Shown here one piece after another: positions 49,211 to 62,709 of a stretch of DNA of 64,000 nt. Every line of letters begins with the position of its first letter. Positions within the stretch are counted from its first letter, which is position 1. Source of the stretch: Octopus sinensis (lineage: Eukaryota); the NCBI RefSeq assembly GCF_006345805.1, contig NC_043006.1:37696001-37760000 (forward strand), given 5' to 3'. Position numbers and translations under genes: made by a program. The notes under the pieces were generated by a model, which worked only from the letters and a program-made list of their open reading frames with translations, was not told the DNA's origin and made no database searches.

Positions 49211-49429
49211 ACGAGTGTCCAAGTAGATCCAATCAATGGAACTGTCTGCTCATGAACTTAACGAGCATGTGCGTATGTTGGGTGGCAGATGAGTTTTGGG
49301 GCGTACTTGTTTTTTGCCATTAAAATATTTTTCCTTGTAGTTTCTTAATAATAAGGCATTTTGTCAATAATTTGCTTTACCAATGTTTACGGCTTACTCT
49401 AAGCATGTATCTATGGCTTATGCTATCAT

Positions 49430-49935
49430 CATCATAATCCTTTAATGTCCGTTTTCCATGCTGGCATGGGTTGGACGGTTTGACAGAGGACTGGCAAACC
49501 GGGAGGCTGCACCATGCTCCAATCTGATCTGGCAAGGTTTCTACAGCTGGATGCCCTTCCTAATGCCATGCACTCCAAGAGTGTAGTGGGTGCTTTTTAC
49601 GTGCCCAACACGAGAGCCAGTCAAATAGCACTGGCATCAGCCACACTTAGACTATCGTATGGTACTTTTTACATGCCACTAGCACGAGAGCCAGTCGGAT
49701 AGCACTGGCATCAGCCACATTTAGACAATGCTTTTTATGTGCCACCATCACAGGAGCCAGTCGGGGCGGGGGATCCAGCATCAACCACGTTCGGATGGTA
49801 CTTTTTATGTGCCACCAGCATGACAAACCAGTCAGGCAGCAATGACATTGACCCATGCATGAACGGTGCTTATTACATTCTACCAGCATGGGAGCCAGTC
49901 AAGTGGTACTGGCAGCAGCCACAACTACAATTTCC
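49430..49935 (-). mobile_element. RTE-tail-derived element with ~60-bp subrepeats
   Basis: RTE 3' end plus degenerate GTGCCACCAGC...GAGCCAGTC repeats. Confidence 0.75.
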
Positions 49936-50255
49936 ATTTTGATTTTGATTTGATTCTGATTGTGATTTTGATTTAACTCAATAGGTCTCCTCAAGCTATA
50001 CATATATATATAGAGAGAGAGAGAGCGAGAGAGAGAGAGCGAGAGAGAGATATTGTAATATTTCGGGATGGTCTTTTTTTTCTTTCTTGCCAAATATAAA
50101 CACACACACTATATGTTTGTTCTTCCCTTGTTTATTATTGTTCTTATTTTATCTTATGTCCATTGTTTTCCATCACACACCTGTGACCTCTTCAACAACT
50201 CTTCCATCCCATATGTCTCCTTCTGCTCTGTATATATATATATATATATATGTAT

Positions 50256-50464
50256 GGTTGTGGTCAGTTCAGTGAGTGAGACATTAATTCATCAGGTGGA
50301 AGGCTACCTGAGATGTGCAAAGCTACATCTTATCAACTACCTCGTTCCCAGGGTGCAATTTTGTGTTCTTTAATGCAGTCACTGAGCCAATGGCTGATTG
50401 GCTACATCAACTTGGCATTTTTGACCATGGTGATGTGGTTGCAGTTTGTCCGGAAACAAAGCAG
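50256..50464 (+). pseudogene. Inverted, degenerate partial copy of the C7orf25 large exon (47631-47425)
   Basis: Roughly 85% identity by manual alignment; in-frame TGA and two 1-bp insertions; starts at the exon 5' boundary. Confidence 0.9.
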
Positions 50465-50629
50465 ATTTTCTATAGCTGGATGCCCTTCCTGTCTCCAACC
50501 TTCACTTCTTTCCAAGCAAAGTAATATTTCCCATGGCCAGACATGTTCTAGCGGAATATTGGAAATGAATGACACTTGTTTACAACTATCACATATGAAG
50601 TTAAGACAAGGAAACAGAAACACACACAC

Positions 50630-51860
50630 GGCCCTGTTCAATCTGTAGAAAAGGTGTAGGTAGAAACTCTATAAGATGTACCTGGTCTAAGCTATAGACA
50701 CGTGAAACAATATCAGAGGAAGGTTAACAGAGAAAATAGCTTTTGTGTGTGAAAGGTGCACAAATACAATTAACAATAAAAATGTACAGAAAAGAGACTC
50801 CATTAAATGCCATGGCGGAAAACTAGAAGTAGTTGATAGCTTCCATTATCTAGGTGACCATGACAGTAGTGAAGATTGATGCTCCAAGAACATAGCTGCT
50901 AGAATAAGAATAGGCTGGGCAAAGTTCAGAGAGCTCCTACTATTGTTGGTAACAAAGGGCCTCTCCCTCAGAATGAAAGGCAGGCTGTATGATGCCTGTG
51001 TGTGGACAGTCTTGCTACATGGCAGTGAAATGTATACTGTGGCTGCAGAGGACATATGAACACTTGAAATAAATGAAGTTAGTATGTTTCACTGGATGTG
51101 CAGTGTCAGTGTGCATACACAACAGAATGTAAACATCTTGAGAAAAAAGTTGTGCATACGATGTGTGAGATGTGGTGTGCAAAAGAGATGACTATGGTCA
51201 TGTGATGCATATGGATGAGAACAGCTATGTGAAGAATTGCTGATCTCTGACAGTGGAGGGAACCTGTGGAAGAAGTAGACCCAGGAATACATGGGGTGAG
51301 CTGTTGAAGCATGATCTTAAAATATTGGGTCTCATGGAGGCAATGACAAATGACCGAGACCTTTGGTAATAAGCCACACTTGAGAAGACCCATCAAGCCA
51401 GTCATGCAAGTGGCATGTAAAAAGCTCCCTTTGAATGTTGGGTGATATGCTGCGCTTGAGAAAACTTGTCAAGCCAAGTGAAATTGTGGTTATGGCTGTT
51501 GCTAGTGTTGGATATCTGGCACCCATGCTGGTGGCACATAAAAAGTACCCTTCAAACTTTGGGCCACACAAAGGTAGTGATAAGTGACTGAAACCATTGA
51601 CAATACACCGTGCTTGAGAAGATCTGTGAAGCCAAATGAGATCATAGTCCTGGCTGATGCCGGTGTTTCATATCTGGCTCCCATGCTGGTGGCACATAAA
51701 AAGCACCCACTACACTCTTGGAGTAGCTGGCGTTAGGGAGGGGATCCAGCTGTAGAAACTATGCCAAATCAGACTGAAACCTGGTGCAGCTCCCCAGCTT
51801 AACAGTTTTTAGTCAAACCATCCAACCCACACCAGCATGGAAAATGGATGTCAAATGAAG
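50630..51860 (+). pseudogene. Old 5'-truncated copy of the RTE family
   Basis: CSICRKGVGRNSIRC, KLEVVDSFHYLGD, RIGWAKFRELL, VEGTCGRSRPRNTW, then 3' UTR and tail; many stops. Confidence 0.85.
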
Positions 51861-52494
51861 ATAATGATGGGCATCTTTCAGTTTCCTCCTACCAAATCAA
51901 CTCACAAAGCATTTGTCAACCTGGAGCTATAGCAGAAGAAAACTTACCCAAGGTACTGCACTGTGGCTGCAAAGCAAGTTTCTTAACTGCACAGCCATGC
52001 CTGCACCTTTAGTACAGCATGGTAATTTGACTGATATTTCTAGCAGGTTGACTGACCACCTAGAGGTTCCCTGATTATTTCAGCTCTCTCACTGGCTCAA
52101 CTTGCTGTTTTATAACAGTGATAAATTGTGCTATAAAAAAATTGATTTCCAGATTAAGATATTGATTTTTTTGTTAGATTAGGGTATTGATTTGTTGCAA
52201 AATTGTAGCTATATAAAATTATCAATGGATTTCATCAAACTTTAAACAAAGGAGTCTACAGATTTATTTGTTTCTATTATTATTATTATTATTATCATTA
52301 TTATTATTATTATTGCTGTCATCATCATCATTGTCATTATTATTTAAATCTTTCAAACCAATGAAATGTTGCCAACTGGAAGTGAGAGAAGAGAAGGGCT
52401 GTTGTTGTTGATAGAAATGAAGGCGATGGTGATGGCCGTATCAACAGCAGCAGCAGATAATCTAATGGAGAAAGTGTCCACAATAATATAAGCT

Positions 52495-52900
52495 TGTCAA
52501 CAAAGTAGTAGAAAATAAAGGAATCACCATTCTTTGGAACTTTAGTATTCTAGCCTATCGTGCTATACAGGCCAACAGACCAGATATTGTGGTGAAAAAC
52601 CACATTGAAAAAAACATGTTTGCTCATAGATATATCAATCCCAGCAGACTACAATAGCTTTGTGAAGAATATTTGAATAGTTTCAAGAACCTTGAAATAG
52701 AATCCACAAAAATGTGGCATCTAAGAATGACAACTGTTCTTGTGATAATCAGAATTTTGCACATGATACCAAAATGCCACTCTTAAACACAATGGTCAAA
52801 TATCAGGGAACCTAAAAGTATAAGAACAACAAAAAATTCTTCTTGTGGGTACAGCCTGCATTCAAAGAAAACGCTCAATTTGAGAATATCTGAATCTTGA
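52495..52900 (+). pseudogene. Decayed R4/Dong-like non-LTR element, restriction-like endonuclease region
   Basis: KVVENKGITILWNFSILAYRAIQANRPDIVVKNHIEKTCLLIDISIPADYN...LEIESTKMWHL (RPD..D motif). Confidence 0.7.
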
Positions 52901-53029
52901 AAAATTTTTTTAAATCACAAATATTACAATAAACTTCTGATAGAATCTTAATTCTCAATATTTGGTCTCCCTTTCCTTCAATATATTATTGCTTTCAAAT
53001 TTTGACACATGGGCAGCAATTTTTATCAT

Positions 53030-53435
53030 AGGTGCAGGAGTGGCTGTGTGATAAGTAGCTTGCTTACCAACCACATGGTTCCAGGTTCAGTCCTACTGCA
53101 TGGCACCTTGAGCAAGTGTCTTCTACTATAGCCTTGGGCCAACCAAAGCCTTGTGAGTGGATTTGGTACACAGAAACTGAAAGAAGCCCATCGTATATAT
53201 GTATATATATATGTATTTGTGTGTATGTTTGTGTGTCTGTGTTTGCCCCCCCCCACACAACATTGCTTGACAACAGATGCTGGTGTGTTTACGTCCTCAT
53301 AACTTAGCGGTCCGGCAAGAGAGATTGATAGAATAAGTACTAGGCTTACAAAGAATAGGTCTTGGGGTTGATTTGCTTGACTAAAGGCGGTGCTCCAGCA
53401 TAGCCGCAGTAAAATTACCGAAACAAGTAAAAGAG
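53030..53435 (+). mobile_element. SINE family A
   Basis: Full unit. Confidence 0.88.
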
Positions 53436-53591
53436 GGTAAAGAGCATATATTATCATATATTACTGTCTCTCATAAATAACACAGTAAAATGTCCTACAT
53501 GCTGTTTCTTGAGCTTTCAGGATATGATTTTGGACAGCTCATAACAGCTAAGGAATGACAATGAAAATAATGATATTAGTAATCCTTTCTA

Positions 53592-53905
53592 TTAGGTTGT
53601 CTGGAAAGATCTGAGTGCTTTTTAACTTGCAAAAAAAAGGGATATATTTCATGATCTGTACTTCTTGAAATTTCCAACCTCTCTGCAAGTTCTCTAGGTG
53701 AGATATTTGAGTTTACTTCTATTTTTGCCTTCAAAATATCTTCAACCAAATTTGAAGGTCTTCCACTGTGATTGTCATATTCCAAGCTAAACTCTCTCCA
53801 ACTTTAAATTTTGCACTCCACCTTCGAACAGTTGATTCACCTACAGCATCATCACCGTAAACTCAACAAATGGTTTTGCAAGTCTTTGACGTCAGCAACA
53901 TTTGA
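53592..53905 (-). mobile_element. Mariner-type remnant (HTH region + TIR)
   Basis: YGDDAVGESTVRRWSAKFK...SGRPS...ISPRELAERLEISRST; TA|TTAGGTTGTCTGGAAAG terminus. Confidence 0.65.
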
Positions 53906-55664
53906 ATTCAGACAAATTAATCATGGATTCCTCGCAGAAACTGAGACTTGTGTTGTACTCCTGCACTTTAGCAGATGGGAAGCTTGGTTTGAAAGCAGTT
54001 TGAGAACAAAAGTCTCGATAGTGAGTCTTTTATGGCAATTAGGGGTCAACACAATGGAAACATGAAATTTTTGGGGTCTGCACAATACGAATATAAAAAC
54101 ATTGGTTATCCATTTCAAATGTCAATAAAAGGTAAGCGGAATGAAAGATAAATCTATTTTTAGTCAGGAACAAAGAAGAGATGCAATTCCACTTCAAGCA
54201 ACGCCAAAGTTTTGACTGTGTTATGTTTCAGGTGTGTTCAATGCGGCATTAAAAGATTTAGCTTTAAAATGCTCAGAACTTTCCAGACCAGACAACCCAA
54301 TACTACAAGCACGAGCCTTAATTTTTGGAAGGGGAGGGGTCCTGTCAATTATATTGACCCCAGTGCTTGACTGGTGTTTAGTTTATTGACCTTCAAAGCA
54401 TGTAAAGCAAAGTTGACCTCAGCAAAATTTGAATTCAAACAAACTAGTCATGGGTTCCTCGCATAAACTGAGATTTGGATTGTGCTCCAGCACTTTAGCT
54501 GCTGGGAAGCTTGGGTTTGATAGCAGTTTCAGAACTTTTATGGGTCTGCACAAGGCTCAACATCAATATGATGCCAGCAGGAAAGCTCATAAGGACGAAG
54601 CTGTCTAAGGAGTGGGGGTTGATTTCACCCAGGGTAGAAACACAGCAGGCAAAAGTATCTGTGTTGAGCAGTGAGGGAATTGGAGATGTGAATAGGTTGT
54701 TGGTGGGTAACTTCTTCAATACAACTGAACTCCATTCTTGCTTTATCAAGACTGCTCCAGCATGATCGCAGTGCAATGACTGAAGCAAGTGAAAGAATAA
54801 AGGATATGAGGAAAAGAGAGGATAGATGGTCATGGCTGAAATACTTTTGGTCATTATCAGACTGCCCAACCAGGACTGACCTGTGGCTAAACAACAACAT
54901 GAACTGCAACAACAGCTACAGCCAAATAACCACTACAACCGCAATGACTACAACTACAGGGATTATAACCACACAACAACAACAACAGCAGCAGCAGTTA
55001 AAGAAAGCTGCAGTAACAACAACAACAACAGTATGCGATGCAGCAGCAGAAACATCTGCATCAATAGCAATCCCTAAATCTCCCTGATACCTTTAAAAGT
55101 TACCATGGTAATACTTAAGGGGGGGTAGTGATGTGGTGGTGGTGGAGGTGATGATAGTCATGGTGGTGGTGGTGGTGATGGTGGCGGCAGTGGTAATGGT
55201 GTTGGTGGCTGTAATGGTTATAATATATACATGGAATTAATAGTGGAGACAGTGCAGTTAATACTAACGGTTAAGAGGTAGTTGTAGTGGTGGTGGTGGG
55301 AGGGGGTTGCTAGTAGTGGTAAGGTAGGATAAAAGTGGACAAAATGGCAACAGCTGTCTTTACTCAAATATCACCTCTTTCTTTCTCTCCCTCTCTTTCT
55401 CATTCATTTACCTCTCCCTCTATTTGTCTACCTGTCTATTTACCTTCCTCCCCACCACCCTCCCTCTTTCTTCCCTTCTGTGGGTCTCTCTCTCTTTCTA
55501 TATATATATATATGTGTTTGTGTGTGTGTATAGTTCAAATTTACAGAAAATAAAAGATGAAGACAGGTAAGAGAACAACAAGCAGGTGTGTTAGTTTGAT
55601 GCTCAGGAAGAATGGAAAAGTCTTTAACATTTTGAGCCTATGCTCTTTTTCCACAACATGAGGC

Positions 55665-56030
55665 ACAGGAGTGGCTGTGTAGTAAGTAGCTTGCTAACCA
55701 GCCACATGGTTCTGGGTCTAGTCCCACTGCACGGAACCTTGGGCAAGCATCTTCTACTACAGCTGCCAGCCAACCAAAGCCTTCGGAGTGGATTAGGTAG
55801 ACAGAAACTGAAAGAAGCCTGTCGTATATATGTGTGTGTGTGTGTCCACCAACATCGCTTAACAACTGATGCTGATGTGTTTATGTCCCCATAACTTAGC
55901 AGTTCAGTAAAAGAGACCAATAGAATAAGTACTTGGCTTACAAAGAATAAGTTATGGGGTCGATTTGCTTGACTAAAGATTGTGCTCCAGCATAGCCGCA
56001 GTCTAAATGACTGAAACAAGTAAAAGAATA
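55665..56030 (+). mobile_element. SINE family A
   Basis: Full unit. Confidence 0.8.
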
Positions 56031-57529
56031 AAAGAAGATATATATATATATCATCATATATATGAGGCTAGAGTAGAAGACACTTGCCCAAGGTGCCATG
56101 CAGTGAGACTGAACCTTGAACCATGTAGTTAGGAAGCAAGCTTCTTACCACATAGCTGAGCCTATGCCTCATCAACTAAATCAACCATGATACTTAACTG
56201 GGACTTTATTTTATTGACCCAAGAAGAATGGAAATTAATGATGACCTTGGAAGGATTTGAACTCAGAACATAAAAGGACATAACAAAATACTGCAAGCAA
56301 TGTTTGTGCAACATGCTGCACCATCTGCCACACAGGGATCAACAACAACAAAAAAAAAACAATGAACAATGCCATTAAATACTTGTTCCTCATGGAAGCT
56401 TAGATCCCCCTCCACCGGACCCTGCATCTCCCAAGCTCCATCAGCGACACTTGCGCCTCTGCAACCTCACCGCCAACACCAGTACTCATGCACTTCTGCA
56501 GCCACATCACCAACATATGCATCTCTGCAACTGCACCACTACCCACCAGCACTGCTCCTCTTCTTTTCCACTTCAACATAATCCGGATCAGATTGGATTA
56601 TTGGTAAGAAGTAAAAAAAAAAGAAGGATCACGACATAGATTTTGTTTCCAATGGGTAGGGTTAGGGTTAGTGGGTGGGTGGGGAGTACAAGAGTGATTT
56701 AGAGGGGGGAGGGAGAGAGAGGCAATGATGGTGGAATACAGAAACAAGGTGAGAGTGAAAGCGAGTGAGTGAATGAGGAAATGAAAGAGTGACCGAGACT
56801 GATAAATAGAGAAAGTGCAAGTAAGAGGGTAAGAAGGAAAACTAGAAAGAGAAGAGGTGGGTTTAGTAAGTGTGAGAAGGGAGTGGGAAAGTGAAAGTAG
56901 GAAAGAGTGAAGGGAGAAAGAAGCAGTGAATAGGGAGAAAAAGAGAAAGAGAGGGAATGGTAAGTATGTTTACATGTAAGAATGTGACTGAGCAAAATGA
57001 AGATAGAGAGAGAGAGAATAGAAAAGTATGAATGAAAGAAAGCTCAAAAGCACAGAGTGAGTGTGTGTGTGTGTGCGTGTGCTTGAGGAGGAAAATGACA
57101 AGGGTGGGAAGAGAAAGAGAGGATGAATGAGAATGAGTTTAAGTGTGTAGGAAAGAGTGAAACAGATGCAGGCATGGATGTGTGGTAAGAAGCTCACTTT
57201 GCAACCACATGGTTTCGGATTCAGTCCCACTGCATAGCACCTTTGGCAAATGTCTTCTACTATTGCCCGGGTCAACCAATACATAGCCAGTGAATTTGGT
57301 AGATGAAAACTTTTGATGTTCTATATATACATATATGTGTGTGTCTGTGTGGTGTGATGAATAAGTATCCAGACTGTTGCCATAGTAATGAAGCTGAAGA
57401 ACGCAGAGTGAAGCCCCTTGGCACAAATTGACCTTGAACTCTGTTGTGCACGTGCACTCAGTTTTAATATTCTAGCTCACTTCTGCTGTTTTCAGCAGTG
57501 CTTGGAAGGCATGTGTGTAGTGTGTGATT

Positions 57530-57930
57530 GTTGGGATGGTGCTTATTACGTGCCACCAGCACGGAAGCCAGTCAGGCAGCACTAGCATCAACCCATACTC
57601 AAATGGTGCTTATTACATGCCACCAGCACAAGTGCCAGTCAGGCAGCACTAGCATCAACCCATGCTCATATGGTGCTTATTACATGCCACCAGCACAAGT
57701 GCCAGTCAGGTAGCACTAGCATCAACCCACGCTCAAACGGTACTTATTATGTACCACCAGCACAGGTGTCAGCCAGGCAGCACTAGCATCGACCCATGCT
57801 CAAATGGTACTTATTATGTACCACCAGCTCAGGAGCCAGTCAGGCAGCGCTAGTATCAACCCATGCTCAAATGGTGCTTATTACGTGCCACCAGCAAGGG
57901 AGCCAGTCAGGCAGCACTACCATTGACCCA
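57530..57930. repeat. ~60-bp minisatellite (6-7 units) related to RTE 3' UTR subrepeats
   Basis: Unit ATGGTGCTTATTACGTGCCACCAGCACAGGAGCCAGTCAGGCAGCACTAGCATCAACCCATGCTCAA. Confidence 0.85.
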
Positions 57931-58298
57931 TGGTTCAATGATTAAAACCAATAAGATAATATAAAAGATTTAAGTATGGCCATGTGGTTGAGAAGCTTGT
58001 TTCCCAACCATGTGATCTTGGCTTCAGTCCCACTGTATGGTACCTTGGGCATGCGTTTTTCTTTTATAACACCAGGCCTATCAAAACCTTGTGAGTGGAT
58101 TTGGTAGATGGAAACTGAATAATAGAAGAATGACAAGTATCACCAAAGCTATATCACCTCATAGTTACCAGTACCACTAATGATGGTCACTCCCATTGGT
58201 TTCGATGTATGAGTGTTTGAAAGAGAGGACTTAAAGTTAAAGAGAATAATAGAAAGAAAAGAAAAAGAAAAGAAAAACAAACAAAGAAGCTGCATCTG

Positions 58299-59774
58299 TT
58301 GGGTAATCCCATAAATAATGCGGATTTTTCAATTGCATGAACTAAAAGTCAGAGGGGCATGGGATAAACTACGTGCATCAGCTTGCTATAAAAGCAGGCA
58401 GTAATTTTACCTTGTCCTTATTCTTAGTGCAAGTTTTGAAGAGTGCAATTTGATTTTAACAGTTATTTTTTCAAAGCTATAATGGAAGTGACAAAGAAGC
58501 ATATTTTGCTTTGTGAGTTCAATAACAACAACGCAATGGAAAGTGCAAGGAATATTAATGCAGTATATGGGGATCAGACAATAAATGTAAGCTAGTGTCA
58601 ACGATGGTTCCAGAAATTCCAAGCTGAAAGTTACAGCCTAGAAGACGAGTCTTGTCCTAGATTTGTAGAGATCGATGTGAGCGTCATGCAAATCCTGGTG
58701 GAACAAAATCTCATTGTAATTGTTGAGGAACTAGCAGAGAAGCTTGGATTTGTTCATTCAACCATTCATTGACACCTGCATACCATCAGAAAAGTCAGCA
58801 AATTGGATCAATGGTTTCTCCCAAACTTTCAGAGTCTAATCATATGCATAAAGTAAATGTGTGCTCTTCTTCACTGTCATGTCTCATGAATGAACCTCTT
58901 TTGGACCAAACAGTGACCAGTGATGAGAAATGGGTTCTCTATAAAAATGTCAGGCACTGAAGACAGTGGGTAGGGAAAGAAGAAACAACAGCACCCCAGG
59001 CTAAAGAAGGTATTCACCCACATAAGATGTTCTTATCTGTTTGGTGGGATATGAAAGGTTTAGTCCACTTTGAACTTTTAAACCCAAACCAAACAATAAC
59101 AAAGGAGATCTACTGCGAGCAGCTTGATCGGCTTAAGTCCACACTAGACCATCGTTGGTTACAAGACGAAAAGTGTTCTTCCATCAGGATAATGCTCAAC
59201 CATATACAGCAAGGATGACATTCCAAAAACTGGAGCAGTTTGAATGGGAAACAATGTCCCATCCATCAAATTTGCCAGACATTGCCCCTTCTGATTATCA
59301 TTTATTCCACAGTCTTCAAAATCATTTGGATGGAAAAAATTAGATCAGAACAGTACTGGAGGAATATTTTTTTGTCACGGTTAAGTGAATTTTGGAAGAG
59401 GGGCCATGCAAATCTTTTCTACTATAGGCATAAAGCCTGAAATTTGGGGGAGGAGACTAGTCAATTACATCAACCCCAGTATTTTACTGGTACTTAATTT
59501 ATTGACCTCAATAGGATGAAAGGCAAAGTTGTTCTCGGTGGAATTTGAACTTGGAATGTAGCAGCAGACGAAGCACCGCTAAGTATTTCGCCCAGCATGC
59601 TAACAATTCTGCCAGATCGCTGCCTTGGGGCTTTGCAAGTCTACCAGATAGATGGAAGAGCATTGTAGAAAATGAAGGAGAGTATATTTTAGATTAAAAA
59701 AGAACTTTGTTTATCTTCATTTTGAAAAATAACAGAATTATATAAAAAGCTGAACTACTTATGGGATGACCTAA
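58299..59774 (+). mobile_element. Full-length but defective mariner (Mos1/SETMAR-like) transposon with nested SINE B
   Basis: TIRs TTGGGTAATCCCATAA / TTATGGGATGACCTAA; transposase relic 58482-59697 (CQRWFQKF, VTSDEKWVLY, HQDNAQPY, PDIAPSDYHLF) with stops and frameshifts; SINE B at about 59412-59630. Confidence 0.92.
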
Positions 59775-60429
59775 TATTTGCAATGGATGCATGGATGTAA
59801 TTTCAGTCCAGGTATGGATTTTGCTATCACTAATACCACCACAAGCTCCTCCTTCAATGACCATGTTGCCCATGGTCATAATATACAAGGCTGTGAGCTG
59901 GCAGATTTGTTAGCATGCTGGGCAAAATACTTAGTGGTATTTCATCTGTCTTTATGTTCTGAGTTCAAATTCCACCAAGGTCAACTTATCCTTTCAGGGT
60001 CAATAAATTAAGTACCAGTTGCATAGTGGGGTCGATCTAATCGACTGGCCTCTCCCCCAGAATTTTGGGCCTTGTGCCTAGAGAAGAAGAGTCATAATAT
60101 ACACTCATAACAACCACCACCACCACCTTTAAGTGAAAGCAACATTATCACATCATTTCACCACATATACTACTTTCAACATCTATAATTACACTCACCA
60201 CCACTACCACTACTACTACTACAAATACTAAAAACATTAACAACAACAAACATTATTATTACAAACACGTGCAGGTGTGGGTGTGAGGTTAAGAAGCTTG
60301 CTTCCCAACCACATGGTTTTGAGTTCAGTTCCACTGCATGGCATGTTGGGCAAGTGCCTTCCACTATATCTATGGGCCAACTGAAGTCTTGTGAGTGGAT
60401 TTAGTAACTGGAAACTGAAAGAAGCCCAT

Positions 60430-60512
<83 letters not shown>

Positions 60513-60629
60513 CATTACAGATATAGGGTGAAAGATAATTAATTTAATAAAATCAACAAATTTCACCTAGTAGTTTTTCGGTATGGAAAAGGACCATATT
60601 CAGTAAAAACTTATACAAAAATTTTTTTT

Positions 60630-60916
60630 ATATATAATTATAACAATAAGGGTTTTGCAACAAGTTGCTTGACCACATACCGAAAATTTTAGAAATAGCA
60701 GTTAAAAGACTACTATTTCCTTTTACTACAAAAATATGTCTGTTTGATTTCATTGTTTTTCTTCTTTTTTGCCATGTGTGAGTTACAAATATTGTTGTCT
60801 GTGGAGACATATTTTTGTAGAAAATGGAAATAGTAGTCTTTTAGCTGCTATTTCTAAAATTTTCGGTATGTGGTCAAGCAACTTGTTGCAAAACCCTTAT
60901 TGTTATAAATATATAT
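60630..60916. repeat. Inverted repeat, ~112-bp arms, ~63-bp spacer
   Basis: 60630-60741 vs 60805-60916 reverse-complementary with few mismatches. Confidence 0.9.
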
Positions 60917-61894
60917 ATATATATATATGTTTGTGCATGTGTCTGTTCTGTGCCACTGCTTGACAACCTGTGTATTTTTTCTTTTACTTGTTTCAGGCCA
61001 TGCTGGAACACCGCCTTTAGTTGAACAAATTGACCCCAGGACTTATTCTTTGTAAGCCTATTACTTATTCTATTAGTCCCTTTTGCCGAACTGCAAAGTT
61101 ACGGGGACGTAAATACATCAACAATGGGGGATGGGGGAACAAACATAGACACACAAACATACACACACACACTTATATATATATATACACAATGGGCTTC
61201 TTTCAGTTCCCGTCTACGAAATCCACTCACAAGGTTTTGGTTGGCCTAAGGCTGTAATAAAAGACACTTACTTGGAACCAAGCAAGCTTCTTACCACACA
61301 ACCATGTCTGTGACTATGTTTAACATTCCTGTAACCAAGCGGTTTAGCAAAAGAAACTGATAAAAATTCTTGAAGATGGTGCTCCAGTATGGCCACAGTC
61401 TAATGACTATAACATGTAAAGAAATAAAGATGAAAGAAGCCAGCAAAGGAGCCTCTGGATAGTTTTACAAACTTCTAGAATTAGCAGCTAAATACTCCTC
61501 AAATTACATCTGAATATCTTTAAAAAGTGTATATTGAATAATGTGGTCCTGGATTTGCTGCAAACAATTAAAAGACAGGGTGGTCATGCCTGGAATGTCT
61601 TTGATCATAGGTTTACTCAGTCAGAACTGACTTAGGGATAAACATCAATAAGCAACACAAAATTTACAGTATTACTATTAAGTGCAACTAACACTGCCTC
61701 CTAAACCACCACTGCACATATCATCCGTCAATTACTGTCAACCACACCGTCACTACCACCACAACACCTGTCAACGGCCACCACTACGATGACTAAGTCC
61801 AGTGCAATAATCAGAGAAGAAACTGTCCAGAATGGAGAGAGAAAAACTGGTGTGCGTGTGAATGATTAAATTAAGAACATTAGAGTAGAACACA

Positions 61895-62460
61895 CAAAGA
61901 TCTGCACACACACACACACACTTTCATAAACACACAAAGATATACACACATACACACGCTCATACACACACACAAAGACACACAAAGATGCACACACATA
62001 CACACTCTCATACACACACAAAGAAACACAAAGATATACATACAAAGATGCACACATATACACACTTTCATAAACACACAAAGATACACACACGCTCATA
62101 CATACACAAAGACACACAAAGATATACACATATACACACATATACACTTTCATACACACACACATATATATATATATACACAAACTCACACACACTAAGA
62201 TATATACACACATACACACTTTCATACACACAAACATATACACACATACACACGCTTCATACACACACAAAGATATACGCACATACAAACTTTCATACAC
62301 ACACACACAGATATACGCACATACAAACTTTCATACACACACAGATACACACACAGAGATATACACACATACACACTTTCATACACATACAAAGACATAC
62401 AAACATGTACACACATACACACTTTCATACACACACACACATACATACTCTATACGCATA
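61895..62460. repeat. CA-rich degenerate minisatellite
   Basis: Recurrent CACACTTTCATACACACACAAAGATATA units. Confidence 0.9.
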
Positions 62461-62709
62461 GTGTAACACAATCAAAACACTCAAACATTATTATGCAACT
62501 TTTGTTCTTTTACTTGTTTCGGGCATTGGACTGCGACCATACTGGGACAGTACCTTGAAGGATTTAGTCAAATGAATCAACACTAATACTTCCTGATATA
62601 ATGTGTCTGGGACACATTCAATCGATTTCTTTTTGCTGAAACACTAAGTTACATCAACCACAGACACACATACACAAACATACAGTGTGTGTAAGTGTAT
62701 GTACACACA

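Noticed and set aside
54776-55087. PolyQ/T ORF as an exon
   Set aside because: Begins inside a SINE tail, is dominated by trinucleotide repeats, and has no clear splice sites or homology.
57390-57420. Hammerhead-like CTGAAGA
   Set aside because: No downstream GAAA or stems.
57530-57930. CRISPR-like array
   Set aside because: Eukaryotic context; whole units are homologous with no unique spacers, so it is a minisatellite.
61866-62461. Cys/His-rich ORFs
   Set aside because: Translations of a CA/TG minisatellite.
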